Source: Ignavibacteria bacterium
GTDB taxonomy: Bacteria; Bacteroidota; Ignavibacteria; Tepidaquicellales; OLB5
Assembly (NCBI GenBank): GCA_030835025.1
Contig: JAUQWS010000024.1
Coordinates: 7,230-71,229, forward strand
DNA length: 64,000 nucleotides
Reading direction: 5' to 3'
Part shown: one piece after another, positions 49,801 to 57,863 of the stretch
How positions within the stretch are numbered: position 1 is the first letter of the stretch
Layout of the letters: the number at the start of each line of letters is the position of its first letter
Made by a program: the position numbers and the translations under genes
The notes under the pieces: model-generated
Databases searched by the model: none
What the model was told of the DNA's origin: nothing
What the model saw: the letters and a program-made list of their open reading frames with translations, nothing else

Positions 49801-50216
49801 TATATAAGTATCAGCAGAGTCCCGGAACAATAACGGTGACAACGGCATCAACTACAGCTCCTATTATTGGAAGTATAGAATTAGCAGCTAGCAGAAGCGA
49901 ACTGGAAAAAGTCAGAGTAGTGCCTAATCCTTATTATGGCGGTCATGCTCAAGAAACCAGTCCGTTTGACAGGTTCGTGAAATTTATGAATATGCCTAAA
50001 GAGGCAAACATTTATATTTATTCATTGAACGGTAACTTGGTAAGGCAGATAAATAAGAATGACAATAGCACAACAATTAATTGGGATTTGTTGAATACAG
50101 ATAGAATTCCGGTTGCAAGCGGTATCTACATTGCTTTCATAGATGCACCGGGAATCGGGACAAAGACCATTAAACTTGCTATATTTACGCCTGAAGAAAG
50201 ATTAGATGCATTCTAA
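46881..50216 (+). CDS. Large secreted protein (uncharacterised N-domain, FN3-like domain, atypical VVPNPY T9SS-like CTD)
   Basis: Signal peptide; PPPPPQV...KVTLYW...FQGYEVY...YKFAVVAY (FN3-like); C-terminus VRVVPNPYY...IYIYSLNGNLVR...WDL...VASGIYI. Confidence 0.85.
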   Translation: MNNYILKNKLIILLILCLAYSFTAYAGEHRDRRTTKVVPYTDSRAGIEQLFMQGNNINTTFRSDGIFNYDWITFTDKDAGMIWPVTSSSRKTVNFTSGIWVGGKVNGQIRTAIAAYASHFTPGDIPVLGQVTPQSVCNDPRFRIYYVQLTDPTLVNGGSKTKIAGGRNYNFEFDPWSAWPIDLGAPYVEVNNIPGYQPGIGSDRPGIGNSEAIPDEISFMVYQDYSNCTNNIHNSEISLPGGTLPLGCQVQQIAFNFNSPGLTDMYFVKWKVINRSANTWDSTYISVFDDADIGSGSCGSSDDAVGCDTAQNVGYVYNGDNNDCNYGEAPPATGYKYLQSPLVYTGNPNDTVRLPYETLIGYVALGLTGFNFFTNSNPDQCLNDPDEYVAGYNFMKGLDGCGRTKLNPFTGQPTLFSYDGNACTRTGTNNWFDSASPPRDVRFMQNSGPFTMHSGDTQIVVIGSFVGKGGNNIQSLCVLLNNAARVQRIYDLNFRSIPLPPPPQVNAVADGDGKVTLYWGSISEPYHAFDAIDLTGYWDFQGYEVYQIRPGTGGDNESDRRLIAVYDIVDSITTVWDSLEVLQPNGNTEIEVKPTAIGTNSGISRHIVLTQNAFPPGVNNFFINGQSYKFAVVAYGVNKNALKPAKVLKNTISSQIIEVIPNYPALGTEFTNRNLDTLVTDRTDRGFVPIVIDPKRVITATYKQIFKNDVGYSIVRVINNSQVDTIVGYSTNRAIQNNDAYVIDGILFKADTIARVNYGVIRDPSPTSQTSGRGWTYSGSNLNFAGVDTAGLTAAYPTGNYKAMQSMSMGLSWASGSNFKSGFNSKIDTGTFLKTYSLKRVKITFGQTQKAYRYRGAVNNSPYQDYVDVPFKVEIDDPLDTNTNVPRQVNIAFFDGDSSGTWNPKASPYGGLEMVYIFYSNYSESPNTFYTTKNINFTTQFRNTDCMYIWWPRLLNNGPAFQSGDILRIIPYTVYKYQQSPGTITVTTASTTAPIIGSIELAASRSELEKVRVVPNPYYGGHAQETSPFDRFVKFMNMPKEANIYIYSLNGNLVRQINKNDNSTTINWDLLNTDRIPVASGIYIAFIDAPGIGTKTIKLAIFTPEERLDAF

Positions 50217-50247
50217 ACACTTTGAAAAATTAAAGGAGCACTAAATA

Positions 50248-51312
50248 ATGAAATCATATAATATAATAAAACTGGCTGCTAAAATAGCATTGTTTGCTGT
50301 TATCATTGTTGGCAGCGTTAACTTTGCAGGAGACCGCAGTAAGTACGGTACTTCTGCGGCACCGGAATTGCTGATCCCGGTGGGTTCCCGCGGTACATCG
50401 CTCAGCGGTTCAATGATATCATCTATTACCGGACTTGAATCCATGTATTGGAATCCGGCCGGATTATCATTGATGAACTCGAGAACAGAAATACTTGCAT
50501 CACATCTGCGTTATATTGCAGATATTGATGTTAATTATGTCGCAGGTGCAGTTGACCTGGGAAACATCGGTGTAATTGGAGCAAGTCTTAAGAGCATTGG
50601 CTTTGGAGACGAACTGGTTACAACACTTGAGAGCCCGGACGGGACCGGAGAAACATGGTCACCTATATATTTGACGACTTCCATTTCATATGCCAGAAAG
50701 ATGTCGGATAAGATATTATTCGGTACCACTGTAAAAGTGATCTATGAGCAGATACTTACTGTTTCTGCAACCGGATTCGCTTTTGATTTCGGTCTTCAGT
50801 ATCTTGCCGGAAAATCCGGTCTAAGATTCGGTGTAGCACTTAAGAATTTCGGGCCTTCAATGAGATTCGACGGCCTGGGATTGGATCAGTACTACGCTCC
50901 GGCCGGAACAGTTGGCGGAGCTACAAACGAGCCTAGAAGAGTAACTCTTCAGGACTTTGCATTGCCAACTACGCTTGAGATCGGACTATCTTATGATCTG
51001 CCGATCGGGAAGAAGAATAATGTACAATTATCCACAACTTTCCAGAATAATAACTTCTCAAGTGATGAATACAGGGTTGGACTGGAATATAACTATAACA
51101 ATTACGTCTTCTTAAGGGGCGCATACGCTTTTACCCCGGATTACAAAGAAGAAGATGGATTAACGAAGAAAGACCAGAACATTTTTGGCCCGACTTTTGG
51201 TATGGGACTCCAGTATCCCTTTGGCTCTGTAAGATTGGGATTTGATTACGCTTACAGGATCACTGAGAGGTTTGACGGAAACCAATGGTTCTCTTTGACA
51301 GTAGGTTTCTGA
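50248..51312 (+). CDS. PorV/PorQ-family (FadL-like) outer-membrane beta-barrel
   Basis: GTSAAPELLIPVGSRG...MYWNPAGL hatch, FAFDFGLQY, ALKNFGP, LPTTLEIG and terminal FSLTVGF. Confidence 0.88.
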   Translation: MKSYNIIKLAAKIALFAVIIVGSVNFAGDRSKYGTSAAPELLIPVGSRGTSLSGSMISSITGLESMYWNPAGLSLMNSRTEILASHLRYIADIDVNYVAGAVDLGNIGVIGASLKSIGFGDELVTTLESPDGTGETWSPIYLTTSISYARKMSDKILFGTTVKVIYEQILTVSATGFAFDFGLQYLAGKSGLRFGVALKNFGPSMRFDGLGLDQYYAPAGTVGGATNEPRRVTLQDFALPTTLEIGLSYDLPIGKKNNVQLSTTFQNNNFSSDEYRVGLEYNYNNYVFLRGAYAFTPDYKEEDGLTKKDQNIFGPTFGMGLQYPFGSVRLGFDYAYRITERFDGNQWFSLTVGF

Positions 51313-51334
51313 TTTCTTAAACATAACTATTGAC

Positions 51335-51373
51335 CAAAATGCCATTCGCGTTCCGTGGATGGCATTTTGTTTT
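51335..51373 (+). terminator. Long hairpin/terminator after the PorV-like gene
   Basis: CAAAATGCCATTCGCG-ttc-CGTGGATGGCATTTTG followed by TTTT. Confidence 0.8.
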
Positions 51374-51394
51374 AAAAACATTTCATCTTATTAA

Positions 51395-52759
51395 ATGAAC
51401 AGATATTTCGTTTTATTGTTGATGCTGTTTTCGGGTGTAATTTTCAATTCAAGGGCAGATGATGTATTCCCTTTTAATTATGATTATTCGGTTTTCAGGG
51501 AAGAATCTTCGAATGTTTTTGTTGAATTTTATTACGCTTTCGATCCGCACCAGCTTACGTTTCTGAAAACAGGTGCCGGATTTGAAGCAAGCGGCAGGAT
51601 TGAACTCCAGATCGTCAGGAAGAGTGATTCGAAACTGATCACAAAGGACTTCAAGGTACCCCTTGTGCTTACGGATACAAGCGGAACCAACAGAGATGTC
51701 AAATTGACAGGACAGATCAATATGATATTTGAATCAGGGGTCTATGATATGAAGCTGAAAGCTAGTGATTTTAATGACCCCAAAAGAGTCTCAGAATCTG
51801 AAGAAACAATGAACCTTGCTGCTTACCCATCGGATAGGGTATCTATCAGCAGCATACAGCTCAGTACCGGAATAGTCAAATCAAGCGATGTGAACAGCAT
51901 TTTTTACAAGAATACCCTTGAGGTCACACCTAACCCAGCGGCACTATTTGGGAACAACATATCTAGAGTTCATTACTACGCAGAGATCTATGGCATAAAT
52001 AAGAAAGAATTGGGAGAAAAATATTCAGTTTTTGTTAATATTGAGGATAATTTGGGCAAAGAGATGAAAGGTTCCGGAAAGAGTTTTGATGTGAAGACGG
52101 ATACTAAAGTAGAGTTCGGATCAATTGATATCGGTGAGCTTCCTTCAAACAAGTACACTCTTTTGATAAAAATCCTGGATTCAAAAGAAAAAGAAATTAC
52201 CAGGGTAACAAAGTTCTTTTATGTCTACAACAGCAATGTAACCGTTCCGCAGAAAGACCTCACCGATTTTGAGCAGGAATACCTGCTTAGTGAATACCCC
52301 GGATTGAAGGAAGAACAGGTTCAGGATGAATTTGAAAAGGTGATCTACCTGATGTCTGATATACAGAAGGACCAGTATAAGAGCCTTAAGAGCACAGATG
52401 CACGTAAAATGTACATGTATAAGTTCTGGAAAGGTTTAGAAAAAGTACTAACAAAAAAGGAATATCTTGCAAGGATTGAATTCGGAAACAAGAATTTCAA
52501 GAGTGATTTTAGAGAAGGCTGGAAGTCAGATAGAGGAAGGGTGTACGCAATTTACGGAAAATATGATGAAATAGAGCGCTTTCCTTATGAAGGTTCAACA
52601 CGTGCTTATGAAATATGGACATATAATGTCGTTCAGGGCGGTATTACATTTATCTTTATCGATATGAGCGCAGGTTATGGGGATTATATACTAGTCCATT
52701 CTACTGCACAGAATGAAATTAGAGATGACCAGTGGCAGGAAAAACTAAGCATTAAGTAA
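51395..52759 (+). CDS. GWxTD domain-containing protein
   Basis: Signal peptide; C-terminal KFWK...EYLARIEF...GWKSDRGRVYAIYG...EIWTY. Confidence 0.88.
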   Translation: MNRYFVLLLMLFSGVIFNSRADDVFPFNYDYSVFREESSNVFVEFYYAFDPHQLTFLKTGAGFEASGRIELQIVRKSDSKLITKDFKVPLVLTDTSGTNRDVKLTGQINMIFESGVYDMKLKASDFNDPKRVSESEETMNLAAYPSDRVSISSIQLSTGIVKSSDVNSIFYKNTLEVTPNPAALFGNNISRVHYYAEIYGINKKELGEKYSVFVNIEDNLGKEMKGSGKSFDVKTDTKVEFGSIDIGELPSNKYTLLIKILDSKEKEITRVTKFFYVYNSNVTVPQKDLTDFEQEYLLSEYPGLKEEQVQDEFEKVIYLMSDIQKDQYKSLKSTDARKMYMYKFWKGLEKVLTKKEYLARIEFGNKNFKSDFREGWKSDRGRVYAIYGKYDEIERFPYEGSTRAYEIWTYNVVQGGITFIFIDMSAGYGDYILVHSTAQNEIRDDQWQEKLSIK

Positions 52760-52765
52760 CAAGCT

Positions 52766-52793
52766 AAAAAGCCGGTTCTGAACCGGCTTTTTT
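52766..52793 (+). terminator. Rho-independent terminator
   Basis: AAAAAGCCGGTTC-t-GAACCGGCTTTTTT. Confidence 0.88.
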
Positions 52794-52861
52794 ATTGATT
52801 ATGTTTAGGATTTAAACAAAGTAAAATAATTAGGATATTAGCTGATTGTAAAGATAGCAAT

Positions 52862-53785
52862 TTGTTTAAATACCGATATCACATAATCATAGCGTCATTT
52901 GCACTCTCTGCAGTACTCTGGCTTTCCCTCAATCTTAACCAGGTATATGAGATCGAAAAATCTGTTCCCATAAAGATCAGCGTTAATGAGCCTTTTTCGC
53001 CTTCGGGAAATATCCCGCTCAATCTGGATGTGAAATTCAGGGGAGCCGGGTGGAATCTTATCAGACTTTTTACTTCGCTTAACCTTGAATTCAACTATGA
53101 AGTAAATGCGAAGAAAAAAGAAAACTTTATTATACTTACCAAAGATTACTTAAACAATAATCTGGGATTGTCACAGAATCTGAGTATAATTTCTGTATAC
53201 CCTGAAACCCTTTTTGTCAGGATCGAAGATTATGAAGAGAAGTATGTTTCAATAAAACCGCGCCTTACAGTTAACTGCATGGAAGGTTATCAAATGGTTG
53301 GCCGGCCGATAGTTGAGCCGGACAGTATCAAGATCGGTGGTGCAGTTGATATTCTGAAGAATCTGCATAATCTATCAACCAAAGATATGGTATTCAACAA
53401 TGTTAATGCAAATATCTTTACGAGTGTCGGGCTTTCTGACAGCCTTTCTAATATGTTAAGATTAACCCAGAATGAAGTAACTTTGGCAGTGAACATTGAA
53501 TTGACAGCGGAAAAGGAATTTCGCAACATCGAAATAAGAATACCCAATGTTCCTCCAGATAAAGAGGTTCTCTTGATCCCTCAGAGTATCAACGTTCAGC
53601 TGAAGGGCGGAGTGAATCAGTTAGCTGCAGTGGATAACAGCAAGATCAGAGCAGGAATTGATTACAACAAGATCCTGGCGGATACAAGCGGGTCCCTTAT
53701 ACCGTATTTCGAGCTGCCAGAAGGATGTACAGTTATCAGCTTCAAACCCGAAACTATTCAGTATGTCATTAAGAAAAAATCCTGA
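52862..53785 (+). CDS. CdaR/YbbR-like domain protein
   Basis: N-terminal TM ending LWLSLNL; repeated YbbR-like units (YPETL, VEPDSIKIGG, LIPQSINVQLKG). Confidence 0.78.
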   Translation: MFKYRYHIIIASFALSAVLWLSLNLNQVYEIEKSVPIKISVNEPFSPSGNIPLNLDVKFRGAGWNLIRLFTSLNLEFNYEVNAKKKENFIILTKDYLNNNLGLSQNLSIISVYPETLFVRIEDYEEKYVSIKPRLTVNCMEGYQMVGRPIVEPDSIKIGGAVDILKNLHNLSTKDMVFNNVNANIFTSVGLSDSLSNMLRLTQNEVTLAVNIELTAEKEFRNIEIRIPNVPPDKEVLLIPQSINVQLKGGVNQLAAVDNSKIRAGIDYNKILADTSGSLIPYFELPEGCTVISFKPETIQYVIKKKS

Positions 53786-53793
53786 GCAAACCG

Positions 53794-54561
53794 TTGAGTT
53801 ATTTTAAGAAAGAAATAAGAGAACTGTCAAAAGCTGTAAGGACTTTGAGTTTTAAAGAGACGTTCATTTTTATTTCGGTCGCGGTAATTACATTTGTATC
53901 AATGTATTATGCTTCACCAAACTTCTTCAGGAAGATATTTGACACTTCTGACGACAAGTTTTATTCATCGCTCTACTGGTTTTCTGCCGACGGGTTCCTG
54001 ATGTTTGTTGTGCCTTTGCTCCTGATCTACTTTGTTCTAAAAGGAAAACCCTCTGATTACGGGTTCAGAATTGGAGACCTCAAGTTTGGAGTATTAACTT
54101 CATTGATATTCATAGCGGTAATGCTCCCGTTTATATGGATCGTATCGGGCTCAAAAAGCTTTGCATCAACGTATCCACAGGGCGGAATGTTCGTTAGAGA
54201 GAACATGGATGTGCTTTTGTATTATGAGCTTTTTGTCGGATTTTATATGCTTGCGTGGGAGTTTTTCTGGAGAGGTTATATGCTTTTTGGACTCAAAGAA
54301 AAATTTGGCTACTATGCAATTTTTATTCAGATGGTTCCGTTCTTTATATTGCACAGAGGTAAACCTGATTTGGAGACTTTTGCCTCCATATTCGCGGGAT
54401 TGATCCTCGGAGTTCAGGCATGGCGGGCAAATTCATTTATATATTGTTTCTTCGTTCACTGGCTTGTCATGATCTTTGTGGATGTAATTTCTGTTTTAAG
54501 GTATAAATCGGACTCTTACGGAATTGGCTTTGACGCATTTATCAAACTTTTTACGAATTAA
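53794..54561 (+). CDS. CPBP (CAAX/Abi) family intramembrane metalloprotease
   Basis: WEFFWRG, FFILH and VHW motifs in a multi-TM protein. Confidence 0.85.
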   Translation: MSYFKKEIRELSKAVRTLSFKETFIFISVAVITFVSMYYASPNFFRKIFDTSDDKFYSSLYWFSADGFLMFVVPLLLIYFVLKGKPSDYGFRIGDLKFGVLTSLIFIAVMLPFIWIVSGSKSFASTYPQGGMFVRENMDVLLYYELFVGFYMLAWEFFWRGYMLFGLKEKFGYYAIFIQMVPFFILHRGKPDLETFASIFAGLILGVQAWRANSFIYCFFVHWLVMIFVDVISVLRYKSDSYGIGFDAFIKLFTN

Positions 54562-54571
54562 AATAATTAGC

Positions 54572-55294
54572 ATGAGACTTTGTATCAACATAGATCACAT
54601 TGCAACACTTAGGCAGGCAAGACTTGAATCTGAGCCTGATCCGATAGTTGCAGCAGGAATTTGCGAACTTGCAGGGGCTGACGGAATAGTCTGCCATTTG
54701 CGTGAGGACAGGCGCCACATAATCGATAGGGATGTCAGGATCCTGAAGGAGATTGTAAAAACCAAGCTTGACCTGGAAATGGCAGCGACAGATGAAATGG
54801 TGAAAATTGCAAAAGAGATCAAACCCCATATGGTCACTCTTGTCCCTGAGAAAAGGCAGGAGCTTACAACCGAAGGCGGCCTTGACCTTGCTGCTCTTGA
54901 ATTCAAGATTTCACCGGCAATTGACCTTCTTAAGGAAGACGGCATAAAAGTGAGTGTATTTATCGAACCAAGTCCGGAAAGTGTTGATATGGCACTGGAA
55001 ATAGGTGCTGACATGATCGAAATTCACACCGGCAAATACGGCAGGCTAAGAGATGCAAATGATATCATTACAGAGCTGGAAATCATAAGCCGGACAGCAA
55101 AGCTTGCAAAAGAGCTTGGCATTGGCGTGAATGCAGGGCACGGACTGAATTACGGCAACATCACGGCAATTGCAAATATTGCCGAAATAGATGAAGTAAG
55201 CATCGGCCATTCAATTATTGCACGGGCAGTATTTACGGGACTCGGGCCTGCCGTTAAGGAGATGATAGAGATAATAAGAAGGACGAGACCCTGA
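54572..55294 (+). CDS. pdxJ: Pyridoxine 5'-phosphate synthase
   Basis: NIDHIATLRQAR, HLREDRRHI, TTEGGLD, EIHTG, AGHGL and IGHSII; ATG at 54572. Confidence 0.98.
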   Translation: MRLCINIDHIATLRQARLESEPDPIVAAGICELAGADGIVCHLREDRRHIIDRDVRILKEIVKTKLDLEMAATDEMVKIAKEIKPHMVTLVPEKRQELTTEGGLDLAALEFKISPAIDLLKEDGIKVSVFIEPSPESVDMALEIGADMIEIHTGKYGRLRDANDIITELEIISRTAKLAKELGIGVNAGHGLNYGNITAIANIAEIDEVSIGHSIIARAVFTGLGPAVKEMIEIIRRTRP

Positions 55295-55309
55295 AATGTT
55301 TAATACTCA

Positions 55310-56062
55310 ATGACTGTCTTTTCAGAAAAGTTGATCTCTGAGCTGAAGAATGCGCGGGTAGTATCGGTACTTACAGGTGCCGGCGTATCGGCTGAAAGCG
55401 GCGTACCGACTTTCAGAGATAAGGGAGGCTTATGGCAGAAATTCAAACCTGAACAGCTCGCGAATTTCGAAGCATTCATGTCTGACCCTGATTTTGTGTG
55501 GAGCTGGTACCAGCACAGGCGGGAAATTATGAGAGAGGTTGAACCCAATCAGGGGCATTTTGCACTTGCTGAAATGGAGAACCTGTTCGGTGAATTTAAT
55601 CTCATCACACAGAATATCGATAATCTTCACAATCGGGCAGGCAGTAAAAGAGTTACGGAACTGCACGGAAACATCGAACGGAATTACTGTATTGGCTGCA
55701 GAACTTTCTATAATGAAATTGACGTTGCAGAAAAAGAAGTTATTAAATGTGTAAAATGCGGCGGATTGGTAAGACCGGATGTGGTTTGGTTCGGCGAATA
55801 CCTGCCTCCCGAGGCTCTGGAGCATGCACAGGAATGTGCCGAGAGATCAGATGTTTTCTTTTCAATAGGTACTTCTGCTGAGGTTTATCCTGCTGCAATG
55901 CTTCCGCTGATTGCGAAACGCTCCGGCGCTTACGCTGTTGAAGTAAATATCAAACCCAGTGCTATTTCCGGGGAGCTTGACGAAGTTTTGATCGGGAAAA
56001 GCGGCGGAATCCTTTTTGAACTTGTGAATAAATTAAAGAAAGAAAGACCGGAGCACGGATAA
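55310..56062 (+). CDS. cobB: NAD-dependent deacylase (class III sirtuin)
   Basis: GAGVSAESGVPTFR, TQNID, HG, Zn-binding CxxC pairs; YQHR matches the YxxR desuccinylase motif. Confidence 0.95.
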   Translation: MTVFSEKLISELKNARVVSVLTGAGVSAESGVPTFRDKGGLWQKFKPEQLANFEAFMSDPDFVWSWYQHRREIMREVEPNQGHFALAEMENLFGEFNLITQNIDNLHNRAGSKRVTELHGNIERNYCIGCRTFYNEIDVAEKEVIKCVKCGGLVRPDVVWFGEYLPPEALEHAQECAERSDVFFSIGTSAEVYPAAMLPLIAKRSGAYAVEVNIKPSAISGELDEVLIGKSGGILFELVNKLKKERPEHG

Positions 56063-56799
56063 TGCCTTCTATACTTAAAGCCAACGGCCTTGTCAAAGAG
56101 TACAGCAAAAGATCTGTTGTAGACGGAGTAACGGTATCTGTTAAACAGGGAGAAATTGTGGGGTTGCTTGGACCTAACGGTGCGGGAAAAACCACAACTT
56201 TCTATATGATAACCGGAATGGTTAAACCAAATGCAGGTGAGATATTGCTGGATAGCGAAGATATTTCACTTTTTCCCATGTATAAAAGGGCAAGGCTCGG
56301 GATCGGCTATTTGCCGCAGGAAGCTTCAATATTCCGCAAAATGACGGTATACGAGAACATTTATTCTGTACTGGAATTTATGCCATTGGAAAAATATGAA
56401 AGGGAAGAGAAGACAAATGAACTGATGAAAGAGTTTGGTATTGCGCACATTTCCTCCAGCCGGGGTTACGTACTATCAGGGGGGGAAAGGCGAAGGACTG
56501 AAATTGCACGTGCCATTGCTACTGACCCGAAGTTCATACTGCTTGATGAACCGTTTGCAGGGATTGACCCTATTGCCGTTGAGGAAATAATGAGAATGGT
56601 TGCGAAGCTGAAGAACAGGGGAATAGGAGTCCTTATTACAGATCACAATGTGCACGAAACTCTTTCAATTGTTGACAGGGGCTATATACTTATCGAAGGC
56701 AGAATATTCAGGCAGGGTTCTTCAGAGGAGCTTGCAGGAGACGAAATGGTCCGTAAACTCTATCTTGGAGAGAGCTTCAGGCTCGATAGGTATAATTAA
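56062..56799 (+). CDS. lptB: LPS export ABC transporter ATP-binding protein
   Basis: GPNGAGKTT, YLPQEASIFR, LSGGERRR, DEPFAGIDP, TDHNV and YLGESF. Confidence 0.97.
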   Translation: MPSILKANGLVKEYSKRSVVDGVTVSVKQGEIVGLLGPNGAGKTTTFYMITGMVKPNAGEILLDSEDISLFPMYKRARLGIGYLPQEASIFRKMTVYENIYSVLEFMPLEKYEREEKTNELMKEFGIAHISSSRGYVLSGGERRRTEIARAIATDPKFILLDEPFAGIDPIAVEEIMRMVAKLKNRGIGVLITDHNVHETLSIVDRGYILIEGRIFRQGSSEELAGDEMVRKLYLGESFRLDRYN

Positions 56800-57485
56800 T
56801 GGGAAAAGTGATTCTTGCTGTATCGGCGCACCCTGATGATATTGAATTCCACTGCGGCGGCACAATGTCAAAGCTTAAAGATAAAGGTTATGAAATCCAC
56901 TATGCAATTGCTACAAACGGCGAGAACGGATTTAAAATAGAGCACAAATCGCGCGCCGCCAGGGTAAAAGTAAGGCATAAAGAGCAGTTAAAAGCAGCTA
57001 AGCTTCTTGGTGTCAGGGAAGTGTTCTTCCTGAATTATAGGGATTGTCATCTTCCTAAAAACGATGAACTGCGCCTTAAACTGGTTTCAATAATCAAAAA
57101 AGTGAGACCCGATGTTATATTCAGCTTTGACCCGGCAAATAAATCATTCGAGAGCATTAACCTGAACCACAGAGATCACAGGGTAATTGCTGAAGCCGTG
57201 TTTGATGCAGTTTTTGCCGCAAGGAACAGGTATTTTTCTGCAGGCGAATCTCATGCCGTGAGCCGGTTTTGGTTCTACGGGCCCGATAAACCAAATCACT
57301 ACGAGAGTATAACTGATCACATCAGCAAAAAAATAGAACTTATCGAAGCCCACCGCTCGCAATTTGATAAAAAAGAGACAATGGAGAAATGGGTTAAAGA
57401 GCATTTATCTAAATACACGCGCAAATACAAATTCAGTGAAAAATTCAGGGTAGTTGATATAAAGAAGCCTTTTGTAAACACATAG
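56799..57485 (+). CDS. PIG-L family deacetylase
   Basis: AHPDD, TNGE and HRDH motifs. Confidence 0.9.
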   Translation: MGKVILAVSAHPDDIEFHCGGTMSKLKDKGYEIHYAIATNGENGFKIEHKSRAARVKVRHKEQLKAAKLLGVREVFFLNYRDCHLPKNDELRLKLVSIIKKVRPDVIFSFDPANKSFESINLNHRDHRVIAEAVFDAVFAARNRYFSAGESHAVSRFWFYGPDKPNHYESITDHISKKIELIEAHRSQFDKKETMEKWVKEHLSKYTRKYKFSEKFRVVDIKKPFVNT

Positions 57486-57488
57486 ATA

Positions 57489-57863
57489 ATGATAAGAGTA
57501 AGCGAAGAAGAGTTTCACGAAATGATGGATCGGGCTATAGAAACAATCCCGCCGGTATTTAAGGACAAGATAGAAAACCTTGCATTTATTGTTGAGCCGT
57601 ACCCTTCGGAAAATGACCTGGGCAGGATGGGTCTGAAAGATAAGCATACTCTACTTGGCTTATATTCCGGAATTCCATACACACACAGAAGTACGTGGTA
57701 CACAGGTGTAACACCCGATAGAATAATCCTTTTCCAGAAGAATATAGAAACATACTGCAATACTATTGAAGAATTACGCGAAAAGATCCGTGAGGTTGTT
57801 GTTCATGAAGTTGCGCACTATTTCGGAATGAACGAAGAAGAAATAAGAAAGGCCGGTTATTAA
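57489..57863 (+). CDS. Zincin-like metallopeptidase family protein
   Basis: LLGLYSG, PDRIILFQ and VVHEVAHYFG. Confidence 0.9.
   Translation: MIRVSEEEFHEMMDRAIETIPPVFKDKIENLAFIVEPYPSENDLGRMGLKDKHTLLGLYSGIPYTHRSTWYTGVTPDRIILFQKNIETYCNTIEELREKIREVVVHEVAHYFGMNEEEIRKAGY

Noticed and set aside
35082-51312. Classical polysaccharide utilisation locus
   Set aside because: No SusD, no recognisable CAZyme and no HTCS/ECF regulator; the receptor lacks SusC-type signatures.
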